From: a virus
Lineage: Duplodnaviria; Caudoviricetes
Virus record (IMG/VR): IMGVR_UViG_3300007511_001999
Coordinates: 1,464-65,463 of that record
DNA: 64,000 bases
Reading direction: 5' to 3' (one strand)
Shown here: piece after piece, positions 29,712 through 39,570 of the stretch
Layout of the letters: the number at the start of each line of letters is the position of its first letter
How positions within the stretch are numbered: position 1 is the stretch's first letter
The notes under the pieces: model-generated
Told to the model about the DNA's origin: nothing
Database searches by the model: none
What the model saw: the letters and a program-made list of their open reading frames with translations, nothing else
Program-made: the position numbers and the translations under genes

Positions 29712-32700
29712 TTAACAAACATTCGAACTTTGTCCGTCTGCCATATTCTGTTGGGAGCTCTCTGTGCCTTCCGAAGCAGCGCCGGCGTCGCCTTCATCTA
29801 GAAGATTCAGCAAAAGATAGATGATTCCGAATATAAACGGGGGCATGCAGAACAAGCCGACAATAGTGCCGGTAAAGTCAACGCCGGTCACGGACATCTT
29901 TGGGCCCAACGATGGAGCCTCAAGCGGCCCCGGAGGATCTGGTAGCTCTGCAGTTGCCTCAGCGTTCATAGTATTTAGGCCACAGAAAGCCAGTGCAAGT
30001 AGTTGTTCCCCTTCAAGTGTTTTGAGCATCGGTTTAAGTGGAGAGTCATCTGGTTGAGCATTAACTGCGATGTCGATCCCTGTGTCTATTATGTCGATAA
30101 CATACCCAAATACATCGCCCGTGATCTGTCTGACCAATTTCCAAATCGCGACGTGTGGATCGAGCATCTCACAGAAACCCTTAAGAATTTTAATTGGTGT
30201 TTCCCTAAGCATTTTCAAAATGAACTCCCGAGCAGAGGCGTTCATATCACTCTCTCCGTTAGAGGCCAGGCCGCTTTCTAAATTATCTGATGCCACCAGG
30301 CCCTGTACGGGGGGCGCTTGATCTGTACGATCAATCATCGCCAGAAGTCCTAGGATTTCGACTTTCGTGGTGTCAAAGCTTTTCTCTATCTCATCAAAAA
30401 ATGTATTTGTAAGTCCAAAGCTATAAAGTACAGGAATCATCATGATTATTTCTGGATTAAACGTTTGTGAGATAAAGCGAGAATATTCCGGGTCTTCTTT
30501 GATACGGGGTATGTGACTGGATGGGGATACCCGATCAAACCTTTTGATCTTTTGGAAAATTGTGTCCGCCGATTCGCCGGGTTGGGAGGATACATTCAAC
30601 TCATTGGGGTTGAAATCACCTAAAGATTTAATATTCACCGTCAGCAAATCACCCAAGATTTGGGGGCCCGGAGTGATTGTATCCAGATCTGCTTGAGCGG
30701 AATCAAGGATGGAATCAGGCCCCGTTGATCTGGCCTGGAGGCCTATTGCTTTTGTCATTAAATCCCGGACGGGCCCTGCGGGGAAAGAGTCGATAAAGTC
30801 ATTCTGGGGCGTAGTGGGGCGAGGGCCATGCGTGGCTTCATACCACGTCTCCGGGGTGGCGTAAATTCCTGTTGGCGGGATAAGGGGATTCGCAATGGCG
30901 AACGTCCAGGCGGTGGCCGTCTCCATCGATGTTGCCGCGGCGTCCCACTCCCTTTGTTCTTTTTTCAGCGTTTGATGGTGTTGATTGGACTGCGGGAAGT
31001 TAAATATTAATTTATAGCCAATCTTTAAGCCCTCAAACTCTGGGAGAGTGCCGTCTGTCAATTCAACAAGGTCAATAAAATCTATCGCAGTGCCAGTTTT
31101 GACCGGCATGGCTCCAGGTCCGGCGGAACCCAATATATCCTGCAAGGTTAAAGTGTGCCGCGGGAGGGTGCCGTCTGGGCGGCCGCCGTATGTGGCTTCA
31201 TAATATAGCTCTTGTGTTGCATAGAGGCCCAGCGGGCCGCCGGCGACGGCATGACCTAAGCCGGTTTGGGCTGATGTTGATGCCTGGTCCCAAGCGTTCT
31301 GGGCCTTCGTTAAATCGCGAGGGTTCCAGGGAACTATAATCTGCGATGAGGCCAAAGAGCTCCAGTTAGAAATACCGTCCCAATAGGCATATTTGGCAAA
31401 GAACACGCGGCCATTGTTAGATTTCTGGGGGGCTGAAGATAAACCATAAGGGGCTTTGTAGACCCCCAAAATCTCTTTAATAAAATCATCCTCATAGGTA
31501 GATCGTGCGCCGGCGGGGGACAGAATATTGTTGATAGACTGCATGGTGTCAACCATCTGTCCACAGACCTCATGAGTAAAGCCTAGGCGCTCCTCAATTA
31601 AATATTGAACTAGGACCTTAAACGGGACTCCGTCTTTACCCACGTCAGCTCCGGTTTTAAGAAGCGATACCACCGTGTCTGGACTATAAGAGTGAGCAAT
31701 TCCGCCGGCGGCCATGGCTTTATCGCGTACTAGCATCTTTTCAAATTGATCCCTCAAGAACCTTTCAATTCCACCTGCGCCGCGGCCGAGCTTCTCCTCT
31801 ATTTGGGTAATCATACTGGTTAAGAACATTTCTCGCAAGAGAGGCTTTTGGAAAATTTCTTCAAACTTAAATGCGCTTAATACAAAAACATTCTTTATTA
31901 AAAATTCTACAACATACACCTGGATAAACAAGTAAATAAGGCCCATCTTTAGGGCATTTTTTGCACAGTCTCGGGCGTCGCCTTCCTCATTACAAGCTGC
32001 TTCGCCGAACTCTTGCTTAAGCTGTTCTAATATTCCTCGTGTATCTAAGAGGTCCCCCGCTTGCGCTGGATCGCAGTTACTGTTGTCTTTAAAGAGGTTT
32101 AAGCTATTCAGTTTAGAGAGAGTGAAGATGCCTTGTTTTTCTATCTGGCTAACTGACCTTTCTATCATACCATTCAAAACAGTAGGAAAAACCTGTTTTT
32201 GCAATTTATCCTGCAAGTATCGTTTGTCTGCTGCGCCGAGTGGAGCATCAGCCAGATTCAGAAGCTGTGTTTGGAGAGGATAAGTAAAGTTAAAAATATA
32301 TGGGTTAAAGCCGCTTTCAGAACCAAAGTCTCCCAAAATGCCTTCGGGAGATGTATTGCTGTTTCCTCCATATAACGGTGTGAACGAGTCATCCTCTACA
32401 GTACCTTCCAGCCATGTAGCCTCGACTCCTGGTACTAAGCCTTCTGGTACCCTAACACGGAAAGGGGGGCGTCCGGACATTATGTCCTCATTGGAATAGA
32501 AGTCTAGATTAATCGGATTAATGCGAGGCTTCACTTTATCCAAAAAGCGGTATTGCATGCGCATGCGGCCATATTCACTGTTGGATCTGTCTTTTTTCAT
32601 GTGAGAAGAAAACGCGCGCTGGCCGCCGCGAGATTCAGTTCTCGTTAGCCAAACGCTGTTAGGCTTGTCCGTACCGTCTGTGTCGACATACTCCGGCGCA

Positions 32701-35700
32701 GACTGGCGCCCCATGGCCATGAAATTATTATAGAAATTACGATTGAACACATAGGTTACGCTGGGTGGCATGCCGTTGCTGTCGTCCATAGATTTTTTTA
32801 CTTCTTCAATCTTTACTACGCCTTCATCTAGAGCGTCTCTGGCCTCGGAGCCGGCAGCAAAAGATTCTTCCATAATTTGATTTATTATAGGAAGCATCGC
32901 TTGAAATGCGTCCATGGATCCCCCCAGCTTGTCCAAATTGACGTCAGGGCAAATCTCAGGATCAATGCTATCGGCACCAAAATTAGAAATTTCCTCAAAA
33001 ATATCAGACAATATTGAAAGGAATTTTGAATTTGGCGGCTCTGGCTCGACACAGTCGTCGCCGACTTTCCCATGAACACACAAATCCTTCAGGGCCGTAT
33101 TGAGCGCGTGATTGCTACCCTTTCCGCCAGCGACGATTTTGGGCTCCAACATCGCAGTTCTACTATTTTCTACCGAATATATAAACTGCATCTTTACATT
33201 GTCAGCCGTGCTATTAAACATAGAAGGGATAATGCGATCTACAATTGGGTTAGCTAAGAACTGGGGATGTTCGGGGCACAGAAGATTAGGAAGTAGGGAG
33301 GCTGGGTCAATGGGTATGCCATTATTCAGCATGTCTGCTAGTTTTTTGATGCTTTCTTGATCGGCCAAAGGAGCAAAATCCGCTTCATTCAAACAATAGT
33401 TTTCTACTGCTGCTCTCACATCTACATCATTCACAAGATCGTTGCAGATTGTCGTCATGTTAGCTAGTGGCGACAAAGTCGCAAAAAACGACAAAATCTG
33501 ATTTCGGCTCTGCAATCTTTGTATGGAGGGCTCTGACCAAGTTGTATTGAAAATAGCAATCTTTTCGACAGTTTCCTCCAGTACATCTGGCCGGGAGTTA
33601 TAAAGACGACAAATTTCCATAGGAGTTAGTACTGCGCTGACGGCCGATAGGTAATCAAATCCATCTTCTTGATTCATTTGAAACTGGCCGAATGCATTAT
33701 TAAGAAGAGGATCTACATCCACCTTAGGAAGACTTAAATTATCTTTCATTGCTTGGGCAGCGTCGAGATTACCGAGAAGTTCCGGCCGGTCATGTAAATT
33801 ATTGCAATTAAGCTTAATCATTTCGACAAGACCAAGGACCAAATCCATGGCCAATTCCATCAAAATTTCTAAGAGCATATCGACAATTTGTTTCCACAAC
33901 GGAGGGTCCCCGGTAATGGGATTGGGGAACTTTATCTCTGGGAATTCTGGTAATTTTATGAGGTCGTCTTTAATCTTTGGCACTTCGTAATCTTCTATCA
34001 TGCCAGCGAGTTCGAGTGCCGAGTCCATTGCAGCTCGGATACGGTCCAGGGAGAAATTTGTGCCCATGGTCAAGCAAATGAGAGCCTCTGCAATTAACTC
34101 TGGAATGCCAAAGCGGCCTAAGACATCGTCCATAATTTCTAGAGTATTTTGAACCTGTTTGACTCCGCCGCCTTCTCGACCAGAGGTTCTATCTCGTGTT
34201 AAATCTGCCTCAGCCCGGTCGAAGGCGCGTTGAGCATCTTCTATTACAAGGGGGTCACCATTTTGAATGGCAGCATTGAGCTCGCCTTCGAGGCGTTCTA
34301 CAGCGCGCTCTAGTTCCTGGCGCTCCTCTATGGCTTCGCCGATCCCCTTAGCTTCGTTAATCATTGCTATGACATCATCAATAAGTTGTTTAAGAGGGAA
34401 CTTGGCCGACAGAGCGTCGCCCGCTTGTTTCGCGAATAAGGATGCTTGAACTTCTGGATCGTTTAGAGTGTCCTCCATCGCAGCGATGGCTCCAGGATTT
34501 AAAAAGTTGCTCATGGTGGCGGCCATGGCCATGGGATTGAGAATATCTAGCGTTACTGAACTTTCGGCGGCCTGGAATACCGTATTAAACAACAAAGGAT
34601 CCACGCCAGGTGGTGGGGGCGCTTGGAATTCTATCTCTACGCCATCGCCGCTCACTTCCCCCTTAATAGGCTGGTTTTCCATAACATCTTCAATTGTTGG
34701 CTTTGATAGAAGAGAGCCATAGGTATCTTTAATAAAACCAAGAATTCCATTTAGGCCGCCCGGGCTGGTACGGAAGTCCGAAATTATTCTTTGATGATTT
34801 ACCAATGTTTGCATCATCCAAGGGTCCTTGACACTCCGATTATGTTTAACAAGAGAAATAAAGCCAACCTTCAGGGGCGAGATCTCTAGAGAGCCGTCAG
34901 CTAGTTCCAGCTCATAAGACGCTCCGAGAATGTTTTGGTCGGGCCCCAGCTGGATACGAAGCAGATCATCCCGGGTCAGGAGGGTCGATCTCTTGCCCGA
35001 CAGATTCAGATTTCGACGGACAGCATCCGTCAAAGTGGCCACCAATGTATGTATTTCCATATAGATTGTTTCTAAATCTAAAGGAATTTTAAGAGGGGCT
35101 GGGTATTGGAGAATTTGTTTATTGTACCCTCCGAGTGCCGCTTTTAATTCGCGCAAAGTTCGGGCTGATCCCCCAAGGCTGATTATTATCTCCTGGGCCG
35201 GGGCCCTGAGAGGTCGATCATAATACTGATTTATAAAAAATTCCTCAGCGTCGGCGAAGGGGGGCATACCAGAACTGAAGGTGACGACCGCTTGTTTTTG
35301 GCCCGGAAGCAAGCAGGGCTCGTCGCTCTTGACAACGGGTGTAGAGGCTGATTGGCGGGATGTGGCGGCCGGATCAAAAGTTCGAAGGCCTTCGCGAATT
35401 CGTTTAAAATTGACGGAGCCGGCTCTTGTATTATAAAGATACTTAGAGACCACTGGGGTCTCAATCTCTAAATCTGCAGGACCTTGATCTGTCTTTATAA
35501 AATCTAAATTGTCGGATATCTGTTTGCGAATAGTAGTGTAGCTATCCTTAACTCCTGGAGGGATCGGGTTTCGTTTGCGGACTACAGTACTCTGCGTACG
35601 GGATTTGCCGCGGCCTACGGCTTTCTTAGTCGACCTAGATTGAGCCTTTTTGGCTGGGCGAGTGGCGGCCGGCCTTCGCCTTACCGGCGGCCCGGAAATA

Positions 35701-35909
35701 AGAGGATAAAACTCTGGTAAATAGTACTCCATTAAGGCATCTATAGCCTTCTCTTTTAAAACCTTTGCATCTGCCTCTGCAACTACTCCTTTGGATATGT
35801 CCGGGTAAACGATTACTGCATAGGTACCCTTGTTTACATCAAACCAAGGAATAAAAGAAGGAAACTTCTTAAATACGTTTAGGCTGTTAAAGTCGATATC
35901 TGTCGTCAT
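29712..35909 (-). CDS. Large hypothetical virion-associated protein (2065 aa)
   Basis: Long ORF between the spike and gp25 genes. Helical/coiled-coil stretch, scattered Cys residues, hydrophobic C-terminal segment. Confidence 0.6.
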   Translation of the reverse strand: MTTDIDFNSLNVFKKFPSFIPWFDVNKGTYAVIVYPDISKGVVAEADAKVLKEKAIDALMEYYLPEFYPLISGPPVRRRPAATRPAKKAQSRSTKKAVGRGKSRTQSTVVRKRNPIPPGVKDSYTTIRKQISDNLDFIKTDQGPADLEIETPVVSKYLYNTRAGSVNFKRIREGLRTFDPAATSRQSASTPVVKSDEPCLLPGQKQAVVTFSSGMPPFADAEEFFINQYYDRPLRAPAQEIIISLGGSARTLRELKAALGGYNKQILQYPAPLKIPLDLETIYMEIHTLVATLTDAVRRNLNLSGKRSTLLTRDDLLRIQLGPDQNILGASYELELADGSLEISPLKVGFISLVKHNRSVKDPWMMQTLVNHQRIISDFRTSPGGLNGILGFIKDTYGSLLSKPTIEDVMENQPIKGEVSGDGVEIEFQAPPPPGVDPLLFNTVFQAAESSVTLDILNPMAMAATMSNFLNPGAIAAMEDTLNDPEVQASLFAKQAGDALSAKFPLKQLIDDVIAMINEAKGIGEAIEERQELERAVERLEGELNAAIQNGDPLVIEDAQRAFDRAEADLTRDRTSGREGGGVKQVQNTLEIMDDVLGRFGIPELIAEALICLTMGTNFSLDRIRAAMDSALELAGMIEDYEVPKIKDDLIKLPEFPEIKFPNPITGDPPLWKQIVDMLLEILMELAMDLVLGLVEMIKLNCNNLHDRPELLGNLDAAQAMKDNLSLPKVDVDPLLNNAFGQFQMNQEDGFDYLSAVSAVLTPMEICRLYNSRPDVLEETVEKIAIFNTTWSEPSIQRLQSRNQILSFFATLSPLANMTTICNDLVNDVDVRAAVENYCLNEADFAPLADQESIKKLADMLNNGIPIDPASLLPNLLCPEHPQFLANPIVDRIIPSMFNSTADNVKMQFIYSVENSRTAMLEPKIVAGGKGSNHALNTALKDLCVHGKVGDDCVEPEPPNSKFLSILSDIFEEISNFGADSIDPEICPDVNLDKLGGSMDAFQAMLPIINQIMEESFAAGSEARDALDEGVVKIEEVKKSMDDSNGMPPSVTYVFNRNFYNNFMAMGRQSAPEYVDTDGTDKPNSVWLTRTESRGGQRAFSSHMKKDRSNSEYGRMRMQYRFLDKVKPRINPINLDFYSNEDIMSGRPPFRVRVPEGLVPGVEATWLEGTVEDDSFTPLYGGNSNTSPEGILGDFGSESGFNPYIFNFTYPLQTQLLNLADAPLGAADKRYLQDKLQKQVFPTVLNGMIERSVSQIEKQGIFTLSKLNSLNLFKDNSNCDPAQAGDLLDTRGILEQLKQEFGEAACNEEGDARDCAKNALKMGLIYLFIQVYVVEFLIKNVFVLSAFKFEEIFQKPLLREMFLTSMITQIEEKLGRGAGGIERFLRDQFEKMLVRDKAMAAGGIAHSYSPDTVVSLLKTGADVGKDGVPFKVLVQYLIEERLGFTHEVCGQMVDTMQSINNILSPAGARSTYEDDFIKEILGVYKAPYGLSSAPQKSNNGRVFFAKYAYWDGISNWSSLASSQIIVPWNPRDLTKAQNAWDQASTSAQTGLGHAVAGGPLGLYATQELYYEATYGGRPDGTLPRHTLTLQDILGSAGPGAMPVKTGTAIDFIDLVELTDGTLPEFEGLKIGYKLIFNFPQSNQHHQTLKKEQREWDAAATSMETATAWTFAIANPLIPPTGIYATPETWYEATHGPRPTTPQNDFIDSFPAGPVRDLMTKAIGLQARSTGPDSILDSAQADLDTITPGPQILGDLLTVNIKSLGDFNPNELNVSSQPGESADTIFQKIKRFDRVSPSSHIPRIKEDPEYSRFISQTFNPEIIMMIPVLYSFGLTNTFFDEIEKSFDTTKVEILGLLAMIDRTDQAPPVQGLVASDNLESGLASNGESDMNASAREFILKMLRETPIKILKGFCEMLDPHVAIWKLVRQITGDVFGYVIDIIDTGIDIAVNAQPDDSPLKPMLKTLEGEQLLALAFCGLNTMNAEATAELPDPPGPLEAPSLGPKMSVTGVDFTGTIVGLFCMPPFIFGIIYLLLNLLDEGDAGAASEGTESSQQNMADGQSSNVC

Positions 35910-35911
35910 GG

Positions 35912-36913
35912 TTAATTTGTATTATTGTATTTGCTTAAAAGCCACCGAGGCCCTTTGACTCCGCCGGGACTCAGGAGGTATCTGCTTTGGATACCAATGT
36001 AACCCTTGGTTCCGTCCATCAAATCTTCTGTGTACATAGGAATCTCTACATTTAAAGCACCATGGACTACCTTTTCGATACCTTGGGCCATAAATTTAAA
36101 GTCTGGCGATGTCGACTGGGGGCCTCCGATCATAAACGGGGAAAAGTGAGTATGACTTAAAAGAGCGGTATTGATCGAGCGCTGATAGTCGGCCATCGTG
36201 CATACTCTGTCTCTCAATGAAGCTATACAATCTAAGATGTCCTTTAGGCAACGTACCAAATTGGCACCCTTAACTAAAGGCTGCATATCAGAATCATCTG
36301 CCATTCCGATAAGATCAATTCCATATTGTCCTTTCCAGGTTGTACCCTCGATTCCTCCCTGTGAATTTTTCACATCAGTGCGAGTCACAAGCTTGATATT
36401 TTCCCTGGCTATAACCCTTACAGTATCGGCTTTGAGAGCAATTGTAGAACGAGGCGCGTCCAGGGTTACGTTTCCTACCTTTCCCTTAGGAAGATCAAAA
36501 TATGTGACATCATCCACGGCTGCTCTTTGGCTGATGTAGATCCGCGCAGCATCTTTTTTGAAGTTAGGATTAGCACTGAGTTCCGTAGATCCATCGGATG
36601 TGGTCTGTTTTGCTTGATATCCCATGAGGCCGGCAATAATGTCGATTGACGAGCAGTGAGGGAATCCCTTGCCACCATAGCCAGAGGGCTTTTTATGAGT
36701 ACGGTCGTACCCCAGCACTATAAGAGAATTGCCGTTTTTGTAAACCTTTTCGTTTGCTGTGGCAATATATTTCGGTGTGTCAGTGTGCTGACGGGCGGCG
36801 ACCCCACCTAATCCCATGAAGCGCCCTTTTCGGAACTCACTTAATGCATCGAACTCTTCCTGAACTTCCGGCGACATCAAGGAACGCCATTCTTCTTCTG
36901 CTGTCTTTCCCAT
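35912..36913 (-). CDS. Putative baseplate central spike (gpV/gp5 C-terminal-like)
   Basis: 333 aa. Beta-rich ARIYISQ and IALKADTVRVIARENIKLVT segments, PLVKGxxL, and LLSHTH (HxH iron-tip motif of P2 gpV-type spikes). Confidence 0.6.
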   Translation of the reverse strand: MGKTAEEEWRSLMSPEVQEEFDALSEFRKGRFMGLGGVAARQHTDTPKYIATANEKVYKNGNSLIVLGYDRTHKKPSGYGGKGFPHCSSIDIIAGLMGYQAKQTTSDGSTELSANPNFKKDAARIYISQRAAVDDVTYFDLPKGKVGNVTLDAPRSTIALKADTVRVIARENIKLVTRTDVKNSQGGIEGTTWKGQYGIDLIGMADDSDMQPLVKGANLVRCLKDILDCIASLRDRVCTMADYQRSINTALLSHTHFSPFMIGGPQSTSPDFKFMAQGIEKVVHGALNVEIPMYTEDLMDGTKGYIGIQSRYLLSPGGVKGPRWLLSKYNNTN

Positions 36914-36925
36914 ATTGTGCCCTTT

Positions 36926-38284
36926 CTACTCGAACTTGTAGCTAGCCTTATTTGTTGAATCGATGGCCCGATCTAGGGCTCTTCCTTCTTTGTTCCAGCC
37001 GGCATTTGCTCTTGCTGCAACTTCGTTCGCTTCTGCTTGGCTTCCCACATTATTAATATCACCCGAGACAGGCGACTTCGGCTGCTTAAGACGACGAACC
37101 AAGAAATCGATGGCTGCATGAGAAGCATGCTCCGGGTCATTCAGAAGATCGGGGTTTCCCACAAAATCGACACCTATTCTATCTCCGGCATTCTTATAAG
37201 CGGTTCTGAACGTTATTTGGTTCATGCCGCGGCCGCGATAATCATAGCCATCATCAGTGTCGGGTCGGTTTCCATATTGTTTGAAGTTGGGAAAGTGGCC
37301 GCCGTAAATCCAACTAAAAAACTTTCTATCATCTTTCTTCAACTCGTTGAGTTCGGCATCACTAAACTTACTAACTCGGGCCCCGAAGATATCTTTGATG
37401 CGCGCGACGGAGGCCTTCCCATATCCTTTTTCCGCTTTTGGTTTAAGGCCCGATTCCTTGGCTATAACGCTCAGCAGCGCGATCTTCATATAACGATTTG
37501 TTACTCCAAACTTTTTCATATAGCGCTCAATAGTTTTCATATTTCTGTTTCTTTCGCCGCGTTTGTAAGCGCCCAAACCCTTGATGGGCCCTTGGTCGTT
37601 CGGGTCGACCTTCGGGTTATTGGGCGCCGGCGTATCGAAGTCTCCGGAAGATCCACGCGATCCCGGGCTCGTGCCCATGGTCGCGGGGGAACTACCCAAA
37701 GCAAAAGCCTGCTTGGTAGTGGGGGGCGCCTGCCTGGTTGGGATCTTACTAGAGATTTCTTTTGACACGGGGCCGACCGCGGTAATCTTGGGGTTGGCCA
37801 GCGACGCGGGCCACGCAGGGAACGTCACACGGACCTCGGAACCCGGAGGTGGGGCTCCCTGTACGTTGACTACGCTTAAATCAATTGGCATCCATTGTTG
37901 ACCCCAAAGAAGCTTTGTAAACTTTTCTTTACTCTTCCAGTCTTTCGGTCCAAATGAGTTATATCCGCTGCCGGGCAACGCTGGAATCCATACTTTATAG
38001 AGAAAATTGAACATTTCAAAACTGGGTCGCTTTGATGCTGCATATTGCATCTGATCTTCAATGCTCTGAACAGCTGGCTCTGTAACGGCCTTGTAGGCTA
38101 CGATATAACCCCGGCAAGGATGCGAAATTGTTGCTGATTTTTTGTAATTGAGGCCTAGGCCTAAAGCCGGCAGGAATGAGCTCATTTTCAAGCTGCGGGG
38201 ATTTAGGGGCGCGCCCGGGTTCTCTGTTATGCCGGCATGGGCTATGGAACGCTCAAGCTTTTCAATTAGTGTATCGTCTGCCAC
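36926..38284 (-). CDS. Tail-associated lysin: putative OB-fold N-domain plus GH19 (chitinase-class) peptidoglycan hydrolase
   Basis: 452 aa. GH19 motifs IAKESG, YGN...DGYDYRGRGMNQIT and NPDLL. N-terminal PPPGSEVRVTF resembles the gp5/VgrG OB fold. Pro/Ser/Gly linker between the domains. Confidence 0.8.
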   Translation of the reverse strand: MADDTLIEKLERSIAHAGITENPGAPLNPRSLKMSSFLPALGLGLNYKKSATISHPCRGYIVAYKAVTEPAVQSIEDQMQYAASKRPSFEMFNFLYKVWIPALPGSGYNSFGPKDWKSKEKFTKLLWGQQWMPIDLSVVNVQGAPPPGSEVRVTFPAWPASLANPKITAVGPVSKEISSKIPTRQAPPTTKQAFALGSSPATMGTSPGSRGSSGDFDTPAPNNPKVDPNDQGPIKGLGAYKRGERNRNMKTIERYMKKFGVTNRYMKIALLSVIAKESGLKPKAEKGYGKASVARIKDIFGARVSKFSDAELNELKKDDRKFFSWIYGGHFPNFKQYGNRPDTDDGYDYRGRGMNQITFRTAYKNAGDRIGVDFVGNPDLLNDPEHASHAAIDFLVRRLKQPKSPVSGDINNVGSQAEANEVAARANAGWNKEGRALDRAIDSTNKASYKFE

Positions 38285-38589
38285 TATTCGCCCTCCGGCT
38301 CATTAAGTAAATCAAATATTTGCTCTTTATCGTCAGCGCTAAGGCCTATTTGATCATTCTTCTGTTTCTGAAGGAGGGCAGCGAGCTTAACCATTTGCTC
38401 ATTAGAACGCTGTAAATTTTCTACGTACTTGGCAGCAATAGATCCCATTTCACGACGAGCCGAGTCTGACAATTTCATGTCATTGATAGCATCCATCAGA
38501 AGAGATTTAGCCATCGCTCTATCTTCACGGATATTGGTGGTTGTCTCCTCGATGTAATCGTCTAAATTTAAATTTCGCCGCTTTCCCAT
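38284..38589 (-). CDS. Hypothetical helical protein (101 aa)
   Basis: Complete ORF overlapping both neighbours. Coiled-coil-like sequence. Confidence 0.65.
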   Translation of the reverse strand: MGKRRNLNLDDYIEETTTNIREDRAMAKSLLMDAINDMKLSDSARREMGSIAAKYVENLQRSNEQMVKLAALLQKQKNDQIGLSADDKEQIFDLLNEPEGE

Positions 38590-39275
38590 TTGTTTTTAAA
38601 CACCTTATAACGTTTTCTCAGTTTATTTAGATTATTAACAACCTGTTTGGTGTTAAGTCCGGTGATCTCCCTCAAGTATAAGTAAATAGCTTTTTTATTA
38701 AAAATTTCTATTTGATCTGCGGAGTCTAAAAGTATTCGAACTGCCATCAAAACTTTTTTTTCATTTTCCTTGAGCATGAACGAATCCCAAGTGCCCATCT
38801 CACTATTAAACGAGGACCAGAACTCGATGTCCTGTCGTTTCGATTCATAGGTTGGCTCTCGGGAAATCAAGTCTTCATCTAGCTCATTAACAACATCTTC
38901 CAGATAAACCTCAGTTCGATTCTGTTTCTGAGTTTTTTTGACTTTGTGGATAAACCAGTTTTTTGTAACAACCGAAAAATATGAAAAGGCCTTTGACCCC
39001 TTGGTGGGATCGTACTTATTAAGGATTGTGGTGAGCCAGATTTTACACTCGTCTTTCAACGAGTCAATATTTGGGAGGCTTGTAAACCGATAGGTGTAGA
39101 TGATTTTATCCACCATCTGATCAAAAGCCGGCTGGATATATTCTATATACAGCTTTGACCGAAGTTCGCGATCATTTGTGTTGGCATATTTGACTATTGC
39201 GTCTTCATGAACCTTGGTAAAATAATGGTTCTTAGTCGACTTCTTGCGTCTCGTACGCCTCTTGCGAGTGGTCAT
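38568..39275 (-). CDS. Phage sigma-factor-like protein (late-sigma type)
   Basis: LKDECKIWLTTILNKYDPTKGSKAFSYFSVVTKNWF matches sigma region 2 (F/YDPxKGxxFxxY). Possible C-terminal HTH (LREITGLNTKQV). Likely start MTTRK at 39275. Confidence 0.75.
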   Translation of the reverse strand: MTTRKRRTRRKKSTKNHYFTKVHEDAIVKYANTNDRELRSKLYIEYIQPAFDQMVDKIIYTYRFTSLPNIDSLKDECKIWLTTILNKYDPTKGSKAFSYFSVVTKNWFIHKVKKTQKQNRTEVYLEDVVNELDEDLISREPTYESKRQDIEFWSSFNSEMGTWDSFMLKENEKKVLMAVRILLDSADQIEIFNKKAIYLYLREITGLNTKQVVNNLNKLRKRYKVFKNKWESGEI

Positions 39276-39570
39276 AAAGTTCTTCCTCTTCTTCGTCATC
39301 TAGTGTGTATTCGAACGTATCTCTAAATACTTCTATTTCATTTGTGACGCCTTTGATCCGATATATCATTTCCTGTATAAGGGGCTCGCCGCTGTAGCTA
39401 TCCATGCTATATAAGCTTTTTGCAAAGATTTCAAAATCTTTAGTTATAACAAACAGGCCAGCAAGATTTTCCGATATGAACACTAGTTTTTGAAGCAATC
39501 TTACTACGTACCAAATAAGGAAAATATTAACAAGAAACGAGATTACTGCAGCAATAATAAAATTTGTCAT
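39232..39570 (-). CDS. Small membrane protein with an acidic tail
   Basis: 112 aa. N-terminal hydrophobic helix FIIAAVISFLVNIFLIWYVV. Confidence 0.6.
   Translation of the reverse strand: MTNFIIAAVISFLVNIFLIWYVVRLLQKLVFISENLAGLFVITKDFEIFAKSLYSMDSYSGEPLIQEMIYRIKGVTNEIEVFRDTFEYTLDDEEEEELYDHSQEAYETQEVD

Noticed and set aside
29698-29713. A6-GATG-T6 inverted repeat as an intrinsic terminator
   Set aside because: The stem is A/T only and too weak, and the downstream genes appear to continue the operon.
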